From: a virus
Lineage: Duplodnaviria > Caudoviricetes
Length of the DNA: 64,000 nt
Virus record (IMG/VR): IMGVR_UViG_3300015608_005401
Span: 10,686-74,685 of that record
Strand: one strand, 5' to 3'
Shown: positions 49,263 through 57,117 of the stretch, piece after piece
Layout: each line of letters begins with the position of its first letter
Position numbering within the stretch: position 1 is the stretch's first letter
The notes under the pieces: model-generated
What the model saw: only the letters and a program-made list of their open reading frames with translations
Databases searched by the model: none
Told to the model about the DNA's origin: nothing
Translations under genes and position numbers: made by a program

Positions 49263-49442
49263 ATGAAGGAAAAAATAAAAAAGAGTCAATATGAGTCTAC
49301 AAAGGCTTACACTAAAGAGTATAATAAGCTAAATATAAATGTTCAGTTAGATAGGGACCTTATTAAAAAAGTTAAAGATATCTTAGATGATAAGGAGACA
49401 ATTAAATCTTATATTGAGGATTTAATAAGAAGGTCTCTTTGA
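49263..49442 (+). CDS. ribbon-helix-helix-like regulator, 59 aa, absent from the ORF track
   Basis: KLNINVQLDRDLIKKVKDIL..KSYIEDLIRRSL. Confidence 0.6.
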   Translation: MKEKIKKSQYESTKAYTKEYNKLNINVQLDRDLIKKVKDILDDKETIKSYIEDLIRRSL

Positions 49443-49731
49443 ATAAGGAAGTTTCCACTTTGGATAAGGTTCTTTTTTACAATTATATTTATTTTATTTT
49501 CTCTTCCAATTTAAAGTTAATAATAGAACAGATTTATTTTCTTTTAAGTCTTTTAATTTTAAAATTCTTTTACCTTCAAATCCAGCAACATGTATTTTAT
49601 GCAAAACCCATCCTTGTTCATTCATATATTCTATACTTCTTAATATATCATCATAAACTTCATCAGTATTAAATCTATGCACATTAGATGTTCCAGCAGG
49701 ATTTATATTAGTTCTTTTACTAATTCCAGTT

Positions 49732-49887
49732 GGTGGTGTACCTTCAGTATTGATTTCACTTCCCTTGAAGTATATGCACAGTACAGTAGAAACCGCACAT
49801 CGTTTAGATATTGAAAATATTATTAAACTGATTTATAACACACTCTTGAATATCCAAGAGAATCATAACTTTAAGTATAATGCTTAA
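49732..49887 (+). pseudogene. displaced second 3' end of the M42 peptidase
   Basis: GGVPSVLISLPLKYMHSTVETAHRLDIENIIKLIYNTLLNIQENHNFKYNA*, 36 of 45 residues identical from LISLP. Confidence 0.85.
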
Positions 49888-49892
49888 AAAAG

Positions 49893-49919
49893 AAAACCCA
49901 CTCAAATGAGTGGGTTTTT
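49893..49919. terminator. intrinsic terminator
   Basis: AAAACCCACTC-AAAT-GAGTGGGTTTT, nearly identical to the one at 10621. Confidence 0.85.
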
Positions 49920-49925
49920 ATATAG

Positions 49926-50188
49926 GCCACCAAAGAAAACACAGAAGTCTTTAGCTTCTGTGATGAATTTGACTTAACTTTTTATAAGGAAGGTAACAAT
50001 TTTTAATATATAAATTATGTTAAAATCCTATAAATATAGAATATATCCAACTGACGATCGGGACATAAATGCTGCTTTAAATATAAGAAACTTCGGGTTG
50101 AGGAACCAACCCAGCGTCACTCAACGTAAATCATTGGATTATGAGTGTGGCGTAGAAACACAAAAGTCTTTAGCTTTTGTGTAGTTCA
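49926..50188 (+). mobile_element. non-autonomous IS200/IS605-family mini-element with an internally deleted tnpB
   Basis: Left hairpin CACAGAAG-TCTTTAG-CTTCTGTG, right hairpin ACACAAAAG-TCTTTAG-CTTTTGTGT then AGTTCA; ORF 50017-50184 = MLKSYKYRIYPT fused to DRDINAALNI. Confidence 0.8.
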
Positions 50189-50578
50189 TTAAATGCTAAA
50201 TACAATTCTATAATCTGAGATATTTATCTTTCCTTCTTTCCAATCATCATAGCGATTATCATAGTCATCACCAAATGCGGTTTGCATAATCAATCTAAGA
50301 CCTATTGATTTTAGATAATCACTTACTCTAATAATATAATCTTCTATATCTTTATATTTAATTTTCTCAAGCCCAGAAAAAATTATTTTAATCTTAGCAG
50401 GTCTCTTACCGAAATCATGATACCCTATTGAAACTCTTGAAGCCCATTCATAATCTAAACTATATTCTATATCAGGATGTTCTTCAGGTAGTTCAAGTAG
50501 TATTTCATTTAGTGTTTTAAAAATTTCATCTTTTTCACTAAATGTTGGATCAAATTCTCTATAATATTTAATTCTCAT
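50189..50578 (-). CDS. hypothetical protein, capsid-targeting-like N-terminus
   Basis: MRIKYYREF. Confidence 0.6.
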   Translation of the reverse strand: MRIKYYREFDPTFSEKDEIFKTLNEILLELPEEHPDIEYSLDYEWASRVSIGYHDFGKRPAKIKIIFSGLEKIKYKDIEDYIIRVSDYLKSIGLRLIMQTAFGDDYDNRYDDWKEGKINISDYRIVFSI

Positions 50579-50954
50579 ACTTATTAATATTTTTTGGTAA
50601 TTTCATATCAGTTGTTATTTCAATCTTAAAGTTAAAACCAGTATCTTCATCTGTGCCATATTTAACTTCTGCATCATAGCCTCTATTACCACTAAATGTT
50701 GTTGGTTTTGGTCCTTGCATTCTTGCTATTCTTCTTTGTTCTTCTTCTTTTAATTTGGCTTCATGTTGAGCGACCATTTCCTCAAAAGTTAAATCCATAC
50801 TAGGATTGTGAACAGGTTGTTCTTCTCTAGTTGTGAATTGTTGTGGTTGATGTCCGTATTTACGAAGAAGTTGTTCCGCCTCCCAACTGTCAATATTAGC
50901 CGGTTGTGTTGTTTCTTCTTGATTTTGTATAATTCTTACTTCTGGTCTATTCAT
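50568..50954 (-). CDS. hypothetical protein
   Basis: 128-aa ORF, Gln/Glu-rich. Confidence 0.65.
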   Translation of the reverse strand: MNRPEVRIIQNQEETTQPANIDSWEAEQLLRKYGHQPQQFTTREEQPVHNPSMDLTFEEMVAQHEAKLKEEEQRRIARMQGPKPTTFSGNRGYDAEVKYGTDEDTGFNFKIEITTDMKLPKNINKYEN

Positions 50955-50958
50955 AATG

Positions 50959-51390
50959 TTAAATTATTTTATCTAAGTATATTTCATTACCATATTTATC
51001 TAATTCCCATCCTTCTATTGGATTGTTTTTTAGATATCTATAATATACTTTTGTTCTTTGATGTATTGGTTCCTTTTCAGTTCCTTTTCCTAAACCTTTA
51101 ATTGTTATCATTTGACACCAATCATTTTTACTTATAAAGTCTGGTATTATCTCACCGAATATAGTTTTTAAAATTCTATAAATATTTGTAGAAACCAACT
51201 TGAATGTCCATTCATCACCATCTTTAACACGATAAAGTATCTCAACCTCACCTTCTGGTTTTCTATCAATCTCTACTCTAAAATCATTTACACTATCAGA
51301 AAAGTAATAGTAGTAAGTTGCACCTTTATGATCGCCATATTCAAATGTATAAGGCTCAACAAATTCAAATATAGGTTTTAAGTACTTCAC
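50959..51390 (-). CDS. hypothetical protein, capsid-targeting-like N-terminus
   Basis: GTG start, MKYLKPIFEFVE. Confidence 0.65.
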   Translation of the reverse strand: MKYLKPIFEFVEPYTFEYGDHKGATYYYYFSDSVNDFRVEIDRKPEGEVEILYRVKDGDEWTFKLVSTNIYRILKTIFGEIIPDFISKNDWCQMITIKGLGKGTEKEPIHQRTKVYYRYLKNNPIEGWELDKYGNEIYLDKII

Positions 51391-51457
51391 TTATTTATAT
51401 ATTAAAACTTTTAAACAACATTGGTATATAAAATATAATTAAAAAATAAAAAATTAA

Positions 51458-52087
51458 ATGGCTAATGGCGTTTATAAGATAACAGAAGACTTTGAAAAAG
51501 CACTAGCTGATTATACAGGTGCTCCCTATGTAATAACAGTTGATAATCAAAGTAACGCACTTTTTCTTGCAATGATGTATGAAAAAGTAGCAGGTATGGA
51601 AATTACTATACCATCAAGAACTTATCCTTCAGTTCCTTGTGAAATTATTCATGCTGGTGCTAAAGTAAAATTTAGACCAGTAGAAGGAAAAACAATTAAA
51701 GGAGCATATCAATTAGAGCCAACTAATGTTTGGGATTCTGCTTTAAGTTTTACAGCGGATATGTACAAACCAGGAACACATATGTGTATATCTTTTACAG
51801 GTCCTTATAAGCATTTCAAACTAAGCAAAGGTGGTGCTATTTTAACTGATAGTTTGGAAGCTTATCATTGGTTTAAAAGAGCTAGATACTCTGGTAGAAG
51901 AGAGTGTTCTTATCATGATGATAATTTTGATATGTTAGGTTGGAATTTTTATATGATGCCTGAATTAGCAACAAGGGGATTACTTTTAATGGGTCAGTTC
52001 TATAATATGGATGGTACTAAAAAACATAATGCTGATTTAGAATTACCTTATCCAGATTTATCAAAATTTGAAATTTATACAAAATGA
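51458..52087 (+). CDS. DegT/DnrJ/EryC1/StrS-type sugar aminotransferase (short form)
   Basis: VWDSA, ISFTGPYKHFKLSKGGAILTD, GWNFYMMPELATRG. Confidence 0.8.
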   Translation: MANGVYKITEDFEKALADYTGAPYVITVDNQSNALFLAMMYEKVAGMEITIPSRTYPSVPCEIIHAGAKVKFRPVEGKTIKGAYQLEPTNVWDSALSFTADMYKPGTHMCISFTGPYKHFKLSKGGAILTDSLEAYHWFKRARYSGRRECSYHDDNFDMLGWNFYMMPELATRGLLLMGQFYNMDGTKKHNADLELPYPDLSKFEIYTK

Positions 52088-52668
52088 GATATGACTTTAT
52101 AGAAATAGGAACATCAGATTTTGATACACTTTTACAAGAAAGTACAAATGAAATAGGTTTGTCAATTGAGCCTCTTAAAGTATATTTAGATAATCTACCA
52201 GACAAGAACAATGTTATTAAACTAAATTGTGCAATAACTGATAAAGATGGTATGGTGGATGTCTATTGGATAGACCCGGAAGATATAGATAGATATGGCT
52301 TACCTGATTGGCTAAAGGGATGTAATTCAATAATAGAACCTCACCCATCAACAGTTAAGGAATTAAAAGATAGAAATCTTGAACATATTTATAAAAAATC
52401 AGAATGTAAATGTCTAACTTGGAGTAGCATTGTTAATATTTATGATATAAAACATGTAGAGTATTTAAAAATTGACACAGAAGGACATGATTGTGTCATC
52501 ATTAACAATATTTTAGACTCTAATGTTTTATTGCCAAAAAAAATATTATTTGAAAATAATATACTTTCTGATGAAAAATATGTAAATGAAACGTTAGAAA
52601 AATTAAAAAAATATGGATACAATATCATAAATCGTAGAGATTTTGATATTTTAGTTGAAAGATTATGA
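52084..52668 (+). CDS. FkbM-like methyltransferase
   Basis: FIEIG, SIEP, YLKIDTEGHD. Confidence 0.75.
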   Translation: MRYDFIEIGTSDFDTLLQESTNEIGLSIEPLKVYLDNLPDKNNVIKLNCAITDKDGMVDVYWIDPEDIDRYGLPDWLKGCNSIIEPHPSTVKELKDRNLEHIYKKSECKCLTWSSIVNIYDIKHVEYLKIDTEGHDCVIINNILDSNVLLPKKILFENNILSDEKYVNETLEKLKKYGYNIINRRDFDILVERL

Positions 52669-53450
52669 AAGTAAATAAAATAATATTTTCCTCAGATGAT
52701 TCACATTATTTGGATTTTTGGAAAATAAACTCAGAGATAACATTAAAAAAATTAGGAATAACTCCTGTTTTATTTCATATAACAGATGAGGATAGTGATT
52801 TTTTTGAAGATGATTTTGGTTTGGTAAAAAAAATTAAAAGACTATCAAATCACTCAGATAAAGTACAAGCTCAAATTGTAAGAATGTATGCTACAAAGTA
52901 TTTTCCTGATGAAGTTTGTCTAACAAATGATATAGATATGTTTTTATTTAATAAAGATTATCTTATTAACAATCTTCAAGATATAAGTGATGATGATATG
53001 GTTATATTAAATTCCGATGCATACGATCCAGATAGACCGGAATGTATAAATGAATATGCGGGGCCGGATAGATATCCTATTTGTTACATAGCGGCTAAAG
53101 GAACTACATTTAATAAGCTACTAAACACTGATGTATCATTTCAGGAATATGTAGATAGAGTAGAATCGGTTGGCCTTGAAGGACATAATGATGAAATATA
53201 TTTTGGTAGAATGGTAAATAATCAAAGTGAAATAAATATTCACAAGGTTAAAAGAGGTTACTGTTCTAATTTTTATGTACCTCAGAGAATTGAAAAGTAT
53301 ATGTTTAATTCAAATGAGCAACTAACCTTTAGAATCGACATAAGTGGATATATTGATACATCATATTTTATTGATTGTCACTGTAAAGGATCGTATCAAG
53401 AAAATAAATACTTAATAGATAAAATTAAAAATCAAATATTAAATGATTAA
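52665..53450 (+). CDS. putative glycosyltransferase-like protein
   Basis: CLTNDIDM (DxD); located in a sugar-modification operon. Confidence 0.5.
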   Translation: MKVNKIIFSSDDSHYLDFWKINSEITLKKLGITPVLFHITDEDSDFFEDDFGLVKKIKRLSNHSDKVQAQIVRMYATKYFPDEVCLTNDIDMFLFNKDYLINNLQDISDDDMVILNSDAYDPDRPECINEYAGPDRYPICYIAAKGTTFNKLLNTDVSFQEYVDRVESVGLEGHNDEIYFGRMVNNQSEINIHKVKRGYCSNFYVPQRIEKYMFNSNEQLTFRIDISGYIDTSYFIDCHCKGSYQENKYLIDKIKNQILND

Positions 53451-54030
53451 ATGTTTAATAGGCAATGGTGGTCATGCAAGAGAAGTTATGGCTCAAATGG
53501 GAATAAATCTAACTAGATTTGTTGATGATGAGTTTTGGAAGGAAGGTGATGATAAACTATTACCAATTTCTAAGTTTGATTCGAATAAGTATATTACTAT
53601 GATTGCAGTTGGTGATTCTCAAGATAGATTTAATATTTATAAAAAACTACCAAAAGAAACTAAATATTTTACTTATATACACCCTACTGCTTTAATATTA
53701 GATGATAAAACTGAAATAGGAGAAGGCTCCTTTATTGGTGCTTATTCTATCTTAACAACAAACATAAAAATAGGAAAACACTCAATATTGAACAGAGGAA
53801 ATCAAATAGGACATGATTGTATGATAGGTGATTTTTTTAGTATGATGCCTGGATCAATAGTTTCTGGTAATGTAATAATTGGAAATAATGTTTATGTAGG
53901 TACAAACTCTTGTATAAGAGAGAAAATAAATATCTGTGATAATGTAGTAATTGGTTTATCATCTGGTGTCGTTAAAGATATTAAAGAATCAGGTGTATAT
54001 GTAGGATCTCCTGTAAAAAAAATTAAATAA
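53443..54030 (+). CDS. NeuD/PglD-like sugar O/N-acetyltransferase
   Basis: IGNGGHAREV, IHPTA, hexapeptide repeats, VGSPVKKIK. Confidence 0.88.
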   Translation: MIKCLIGNGGHAREVMAQMGINLTRFVDDEFWKEGDDKLLPISKFDSNKYITMIAVGDSQDRFNIYKKLPKETKYFTYIHPTALILDDKTEIGEGSFIGAYSILTTNIKIGKHSILNRGNQIGHDCMIGDFFSMMPGSIVSGNVIIGNNVYVGTNSCIREKINICDNVVIGLSSGVVKDIKESGVYVGSPVKKIK

Positions 54031-54032
54031 AA

Positions 54033-54764
54033 ATGAAATTAAGTGTAATTATACCATGTTATAATTTTGAAAATTATATTGAACAAGCTATATTATCCGC
54101 ATTGGCTCAAAGAACAAACTTCGAGTTTGAAGTTTTAGTTAGAGATGATAAATCAACTGATAACTCTTATAAACATATTGAAAGATATTCAGAGTTTGTT
54201 AGATTGTTAGACTCTTCTGAGAATTTAGGAGCAGCAAGAAATATAAAGACTCTAATAGATAATTGTAGAGGAGAATACATTGCTTATCTAGACGGAGATG
54301 ACTATTGGACAGACATCTACAAACTACAAAAGCAAGTTGATTATATGGATGCTAATCCTGATTGTATCATGACTTTTACTGGTCATTGGACAAAAGGTGA
54401 AGAAGTAGAAGGAGGTTACATTCCACCAGAGCCATATCTATGGTTGTGTATTCCATCTATTTACGAAAATGATGAAGTTAAAACTCATCATTTATTAGAT
54501 AGAAACCCAGCAACATTTGGTAGAGTATTTAGAAATATTAATGGTCTAATTAAAGATTGGATGCTAGATATAGTTTATTTTGATTGGGTTACCAATTATG
54601 AACTATCAAAGTTAGGAAGAATTCAATATTTGAACATCGGTGCTGGTATTTACAGAGTTCATAAAAATGGAGTTTTTAGTCTATCTGATGAAGAAACTAA
54701 AAATAGATTAACATTTGAAACTAGTGAGATTATTAAAAAAGACTATGAACGATTTATTAATTAA
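54033..54764 (+). CDS. glycosyltransferase family 2
   Basis: SVIIPCYN, DDKSTD, AYLDGDDYW..KLQKQ. Confidence 0.9.
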   Translation: MKLSVIIPCYNFENYIEQAILSALAQRTNFEFEVLVRDDKSTDNSYKHIERYSEFVRLLDSSENLGAARNIKTLIDNCRGEYIAYLDGDDYWTDIYKLQKQVDYMDANPDCIMTFTGHWTKGEEVEGGYIPPEPYLWLCIPSIYENDEVKTHHLLDRNPATFGRVFRNINGLIKDWMLDIVYFDWVTNYELSKLGRIQYLNIGAGIYRVHKNGVFSLSDEETKNRLTFETSEIIKKDYERFIN

Positions 54765-55629
54765 AATAGAATATACACCACATAGTGAAAGTAAAGATAA
54801 CTGGATACCTGATGGGTGTATAAAAGTATTAACCACAGATTTATCACAAGTAATATCAGAAGATAACTTGCCTTTAATTTTATCTGTAGAGAATATTAAA
54901 GGAGATGAAGTTTGGGGTTGTAAGTTAAATTCTTTTTGTTGGGGTGCTTATAATGAAATATGCTACAAAAAAATTAAAGTTAAAACATCAAAAGGTCTTG
55001 ACCTTATTAAATGGGAGTGGGATGTTTTTCAACATGGTGATATTTGTCACCAAATATTCCAAATTTGGGCCTTAAATAATAAAGGCTCAAAAGGTTTAGC
55101 AATTGGAACACACGATGGTACATCTGGTGAATGGGTTGGTCCAGTATTTTCTGATATATTAGAGGCAGTTTTAGTAGAACCATCAGATAAACAATATTCG
55201 GTTTTAGAGTCAATATATGAGAAAAAACCATTAGTTAAATTAGAAAAAGCTCTTGTTACTCCAAACGGTGGTGATATTGATTTTTATGAAGGTGGTAATG
55301 GAACAACTAATTCGGTAAATAGGGAACACACACTACAATACTATGATAATTTAAATGTGGTTAGATATAAATCCGTTACTCTAAGAAATTTATTAGATAA
55401 ATATCATATAGGAAATGATAAGTGGTGGTTACATTTGGATGTAGAAGGTTTAGATGATGAGTTGTTATTAACACTTGATTATTCAAATATTAACTTACCG
55501 TCTTGTTTAGTATTTGAACATGAAGGTTTAACTGAAGAAAGATCAAATAGAATACAAATTTGGTTAGATGAGAGAAGATATAGTTGTAATAAATCTGCTA
55601 GAAATACAATTTGTATATTAAATAATTAA
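54745..55629 (+). CDS. FkbM-like methyltransferase
   Basis: AIGTHDG, LVEP, WLHLDVEG, FEHE; likely start MNDLLIK. Confidence 0.7.
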   Translation: MNDLLIKIEYTPHSESKDNWIPDGCIKVLTTDLSQVISEDNLPLILSVENIKGDEVWGCKLNSFCWGAYNEICYKKIKVKTSKGLDLIKWEWDVFQHGDICHQIFQIWALNNKGSKGLAIGTHDGTSGEWVGPVFSDILEAVLVEPSDKQYSVLESIYEKKPLVKLEKALVTPNGGDIDFYEGGNGTTNSVNREHTLQYYDNLNVVRYKSVTLRNLLDKYHIGNDKWWLHLDVEGLDDELLLTLDYSNINLPSCLVFEHEGLTEERSNRIQIWLDERRYSCNKSARNTICILNN

Positions 55630-55703
55630 TATTTTTTTTATATTTGTAAAATAATTGAAAAGGGAGCTAAACTTTTTAATATATACACATACAATAAAAA
55701 CAT

Positions 55704-55775
55704 TGCGGGGTAGAGCAGAGGTAGCTCGCAAGGCTCATAACCTTGAGGCCGTTGGTTCGATTCCAACCCCCGCTA
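55704..55775 (+). tRNA. tRNA-Met(CAT), initiator-like
   Basis: 1:72 mismatch, AGAGCAG..GGTAGCTCG D region, loop CTCATAA; has its own promoters and no leader ORF. Confidence 0.85.
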
Positions 55776-55793
55776 CAAAAAAATTAAAAAAGA

Positions 55794-55825
55794 TTTGGTA
55801 GATTAAAAAAGTCTACATATCTTTG
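55794..55825 (+). promoter_or_regulatory. Bacteroidota sigma-type promoter of tRNA operon 3
   Basis: TTTGG..TATCTTTG. Confidence 0.7.
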
Positions 55826-55859
55826 TAAAAGAAATAAGAAACGAATAAAAATTATAACA

Positions 55860-55937
55860 ATGACAACTATTACTAACATAGCGTATTATTATGAGGGTGA
55901 GCAAAGCTCAAACGTCAGACTAATGTCTATGTCGTAA
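55860..55937 (+). CDS. attenuator leader peptide L3 (MTTITNIAYYYEGEQSSNVRLMSMS)
   Basis: TAT TAT TAT GAG GGT GAG core, upstream of Glu and Tyr tRNAs. Confidence 0.8.
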   Translation: MTTITNIAYYYEGEQSSNVRLMSMS

Positions 55938-55959
55938 TGGTGTCATTATGATATTAACT

Positions 55960-55996
55960 AACCCAGTCTGACTTATCAGACTGGGTTTTTTGTTTT
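55960..55996 (+). terminator. attenuator terminator T3
   Basis: AACCCAGTCTGA-CTTA-TCAGACTGGGTT then TTTTGTTTT. Confidence 0.9.
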
Positions 55997-56013
55997 AAAG
56001 TTCTTTGAAAATT

Positions 56014-56100
56014 GGGAGTATAACGTCAGCGGCATGTTAGAGCCGCCCCTGAACAAATAGACGTATAGAGGTAACTTGTGTGCAAATCCAGGTACTCCCA
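56014..56100 (+). tRNA. tRNA-like element lacking a conventional D-arm; 8-nt loop ATGTTAGA
   Basis: GGGAGTA/TACTCCC stem, GTGCAAATC T-loop-like segment, ACGTC/GACGT helix enclosing the anticodon arm. Confidence 0.45.
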
Positions 56101-56107
56101 CAAATAT

Positions 56108-56179
56108 GGTCTCGTCGACTAATGGTCAGGTCACCACCCTTTCAAGGTGTAGATGCGGGTTCGATCCCCGTCGAGACTA
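56108..56179 (+). tRNA. tRNA-Glu(TTC)
   Basis: Loop CTTTCAA, canonical cloverleaf. Confidence 0.9.
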
Positions 56180-56186
56180 CAAATAT

Positions 56187-56272
56187 GCTACGGTATGCAA
56201 ACCGGAATAAGCAACCAGACTTTCAATCTGGACATCGAAAGATGTGTGCGGGTTCGAGCCCCGTCCGTAGTA
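56187..56272 (+). tRNA. long-variable-arm tRNA with a TTC (Glu) anticodon
   Basis: GCTACGG/CCGTAGT stem, A73, CCAGA-CTTTCAA-TCTGG, ACATC-GAAA-GATGT variable arm. Confidence 0.8.
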
Positions 56273-56279
56273 CAAATTT

Positions 56280-56362
56280 GGGGATGATGTGACACAGGTA
56301 GTTACACTGGTCTGTAAAACCAGAGCCTTCGGGCGTTGTGGGTTCGAGTCCCAGCCCCACCA
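56280..56362 (+). tRNA. tRNA-Tyr(GTA); 3' side about 3 nt short
   Basis: CTGGT-CTGTAAA-ACCAG, variable arm GCC-TTCG-GGC, ends in CCA. Confidence 0.7.
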
Positions 56363-56365
56363 AAT

Positions 56366-56438
56366 GATGCCATCGACTAACGGCTGAGGTCATCACCCTC
56401 TCAAGGTGAAGATACGGGTTCGAATCCCGTTGGCATTA
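56366..56438 (+). tRNA. tRNA-Glu(CTC)
   Basis: TCACC-CTCTCAA-GGTGA. Confidence 0.9.
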
Positions 56439-56547
56439 CAAATACCTATATTAAAATGGCAAGACCTTTCGATTATAACCCAAGTGGTGCTACAATTTCA
56501 GGTTGTATTTGAAAATAATAATTTAACTACTTTAATTTATAAAAATA

Positions 56548-56609
56548 TTTGACAAGAATAAAAAAAAGTTGTATATTTGTATCAACAAAGAAAGAAAACT
56601 TAATATATA
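56548..56609 (+). promoter_or_regulatory. tandem promoters of tRNA operon 4
   Basis: TTTG..TATATTTG (56572-56579) and TTAATATATA (56600-56609). Confidence 0.7.
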
Positions 56610-56616
56610 GATTATT

Positions 56617-56697
56617 ATGACAAAAGTAAATAACATAGGAATAGCGATTATAGGAGGCGGCGCGGGAGCGTATGTCACTGGCTGGAGTATGTTGTAA
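56617..56697 (+). CDS. attenuator leader peptide L4 (MTKVNNIGIAIIGGGAGAYVTGWSML)
   Basis: 12 consecutive Ile/Gly/Ala codons, upstream of Ile, Ala and Gly tRNAs. Confidence 0.85.
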   Translation: MTKVNNIGIAIIGGGAGAYVTGWSML

Positions 56698-56722
56698 ACT
56701 TTTCTAAAAAGATATTATAACT

Positions 56723-56756
56723 AAACCCAGTCAGAAATGATTGGGTTTTTTGTTTT
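56723..56756 (+). terminator. attenuator terminator T4
   Basis: AAACCCAGTCA-GAAA-TGATTGGGTTT then TTTGTTTT. Confidence 0.9.
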
Positions 56757-56760
56757 ATAT

Positions 56761-56850
56761 TGGCGAGTAGCAGTGGTGTCTTATAAACACTATACCTGTA
56801 GCGGTAACTTGAGATAACTTCAAACATGGGTTCAAATCCCATCTCGCCAA
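56761..56850 (+). tRNA. tRNA-Ile(TAT)-like, no conventional D-arm, long variable region
   Basis: TGGCGAG/CTCGCCA stem, GGTGT-CTTATAA-ACACT, ATGGG-TTCAAAT-CCCAT. Confidence 0.65.
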
Positions 56851-56856
56851 CAAATT

Positions 56857-56930
56857 GGGCCATTGGTGAAGAAGGCTATCACACTTGGTTTGCACCCAGG
56901 AGTCACGAGTTCGAAGCTCGTATGTGTCCA
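56857..56930 (+). tRNA. tRNA-Ala(TGC)
   Basis: Loop TTTGCAC, G3:U70, one bulged base in the acceptor stem. Confidence 0.8.
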
Positions 56931-56992
56931 CAACTGAGAAAACAGTAAATCGTGAGTCAACACTAAAACCATCCCACCAGGATGTAAAACTC

Positions 56993-57067
56993 GCAACATT
57001 GGTGTTTAATGGTTTAGCACATTGCGCTTCCAACGCAAAGGTGCCTGTTCGAATCAGGTATGTTGCT
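56993..57067 (+). tRNA. tRNA-Gly(TCC)
   Basis: TTGCG-CTTCCAA-CGCAA, U73. Confidence 0.9.
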
Positions 57068-57117
57068 CTGAGTAAGGGGTGTCGAACTTTTTAATATATA
57101 ATATTAAAAGGATAGAT

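Larger units (their letters stand above)
48180..49731. mobile_element. endonuclease / RHH cassette inserted in the M42 peptidase 3' end
   Basis: Flanked by two diverged copies of the peptidase C-terminus. Confidence 0.6.

Noticed and set aside
55860-55880. N-terminal Thr/Asn codons of the leaders as sensing codons
   Set aside because: All five leaders begin with similar T/K/N-rich residues regardless of the downstream tRNAs, consistent with A-rich initiation-region bias
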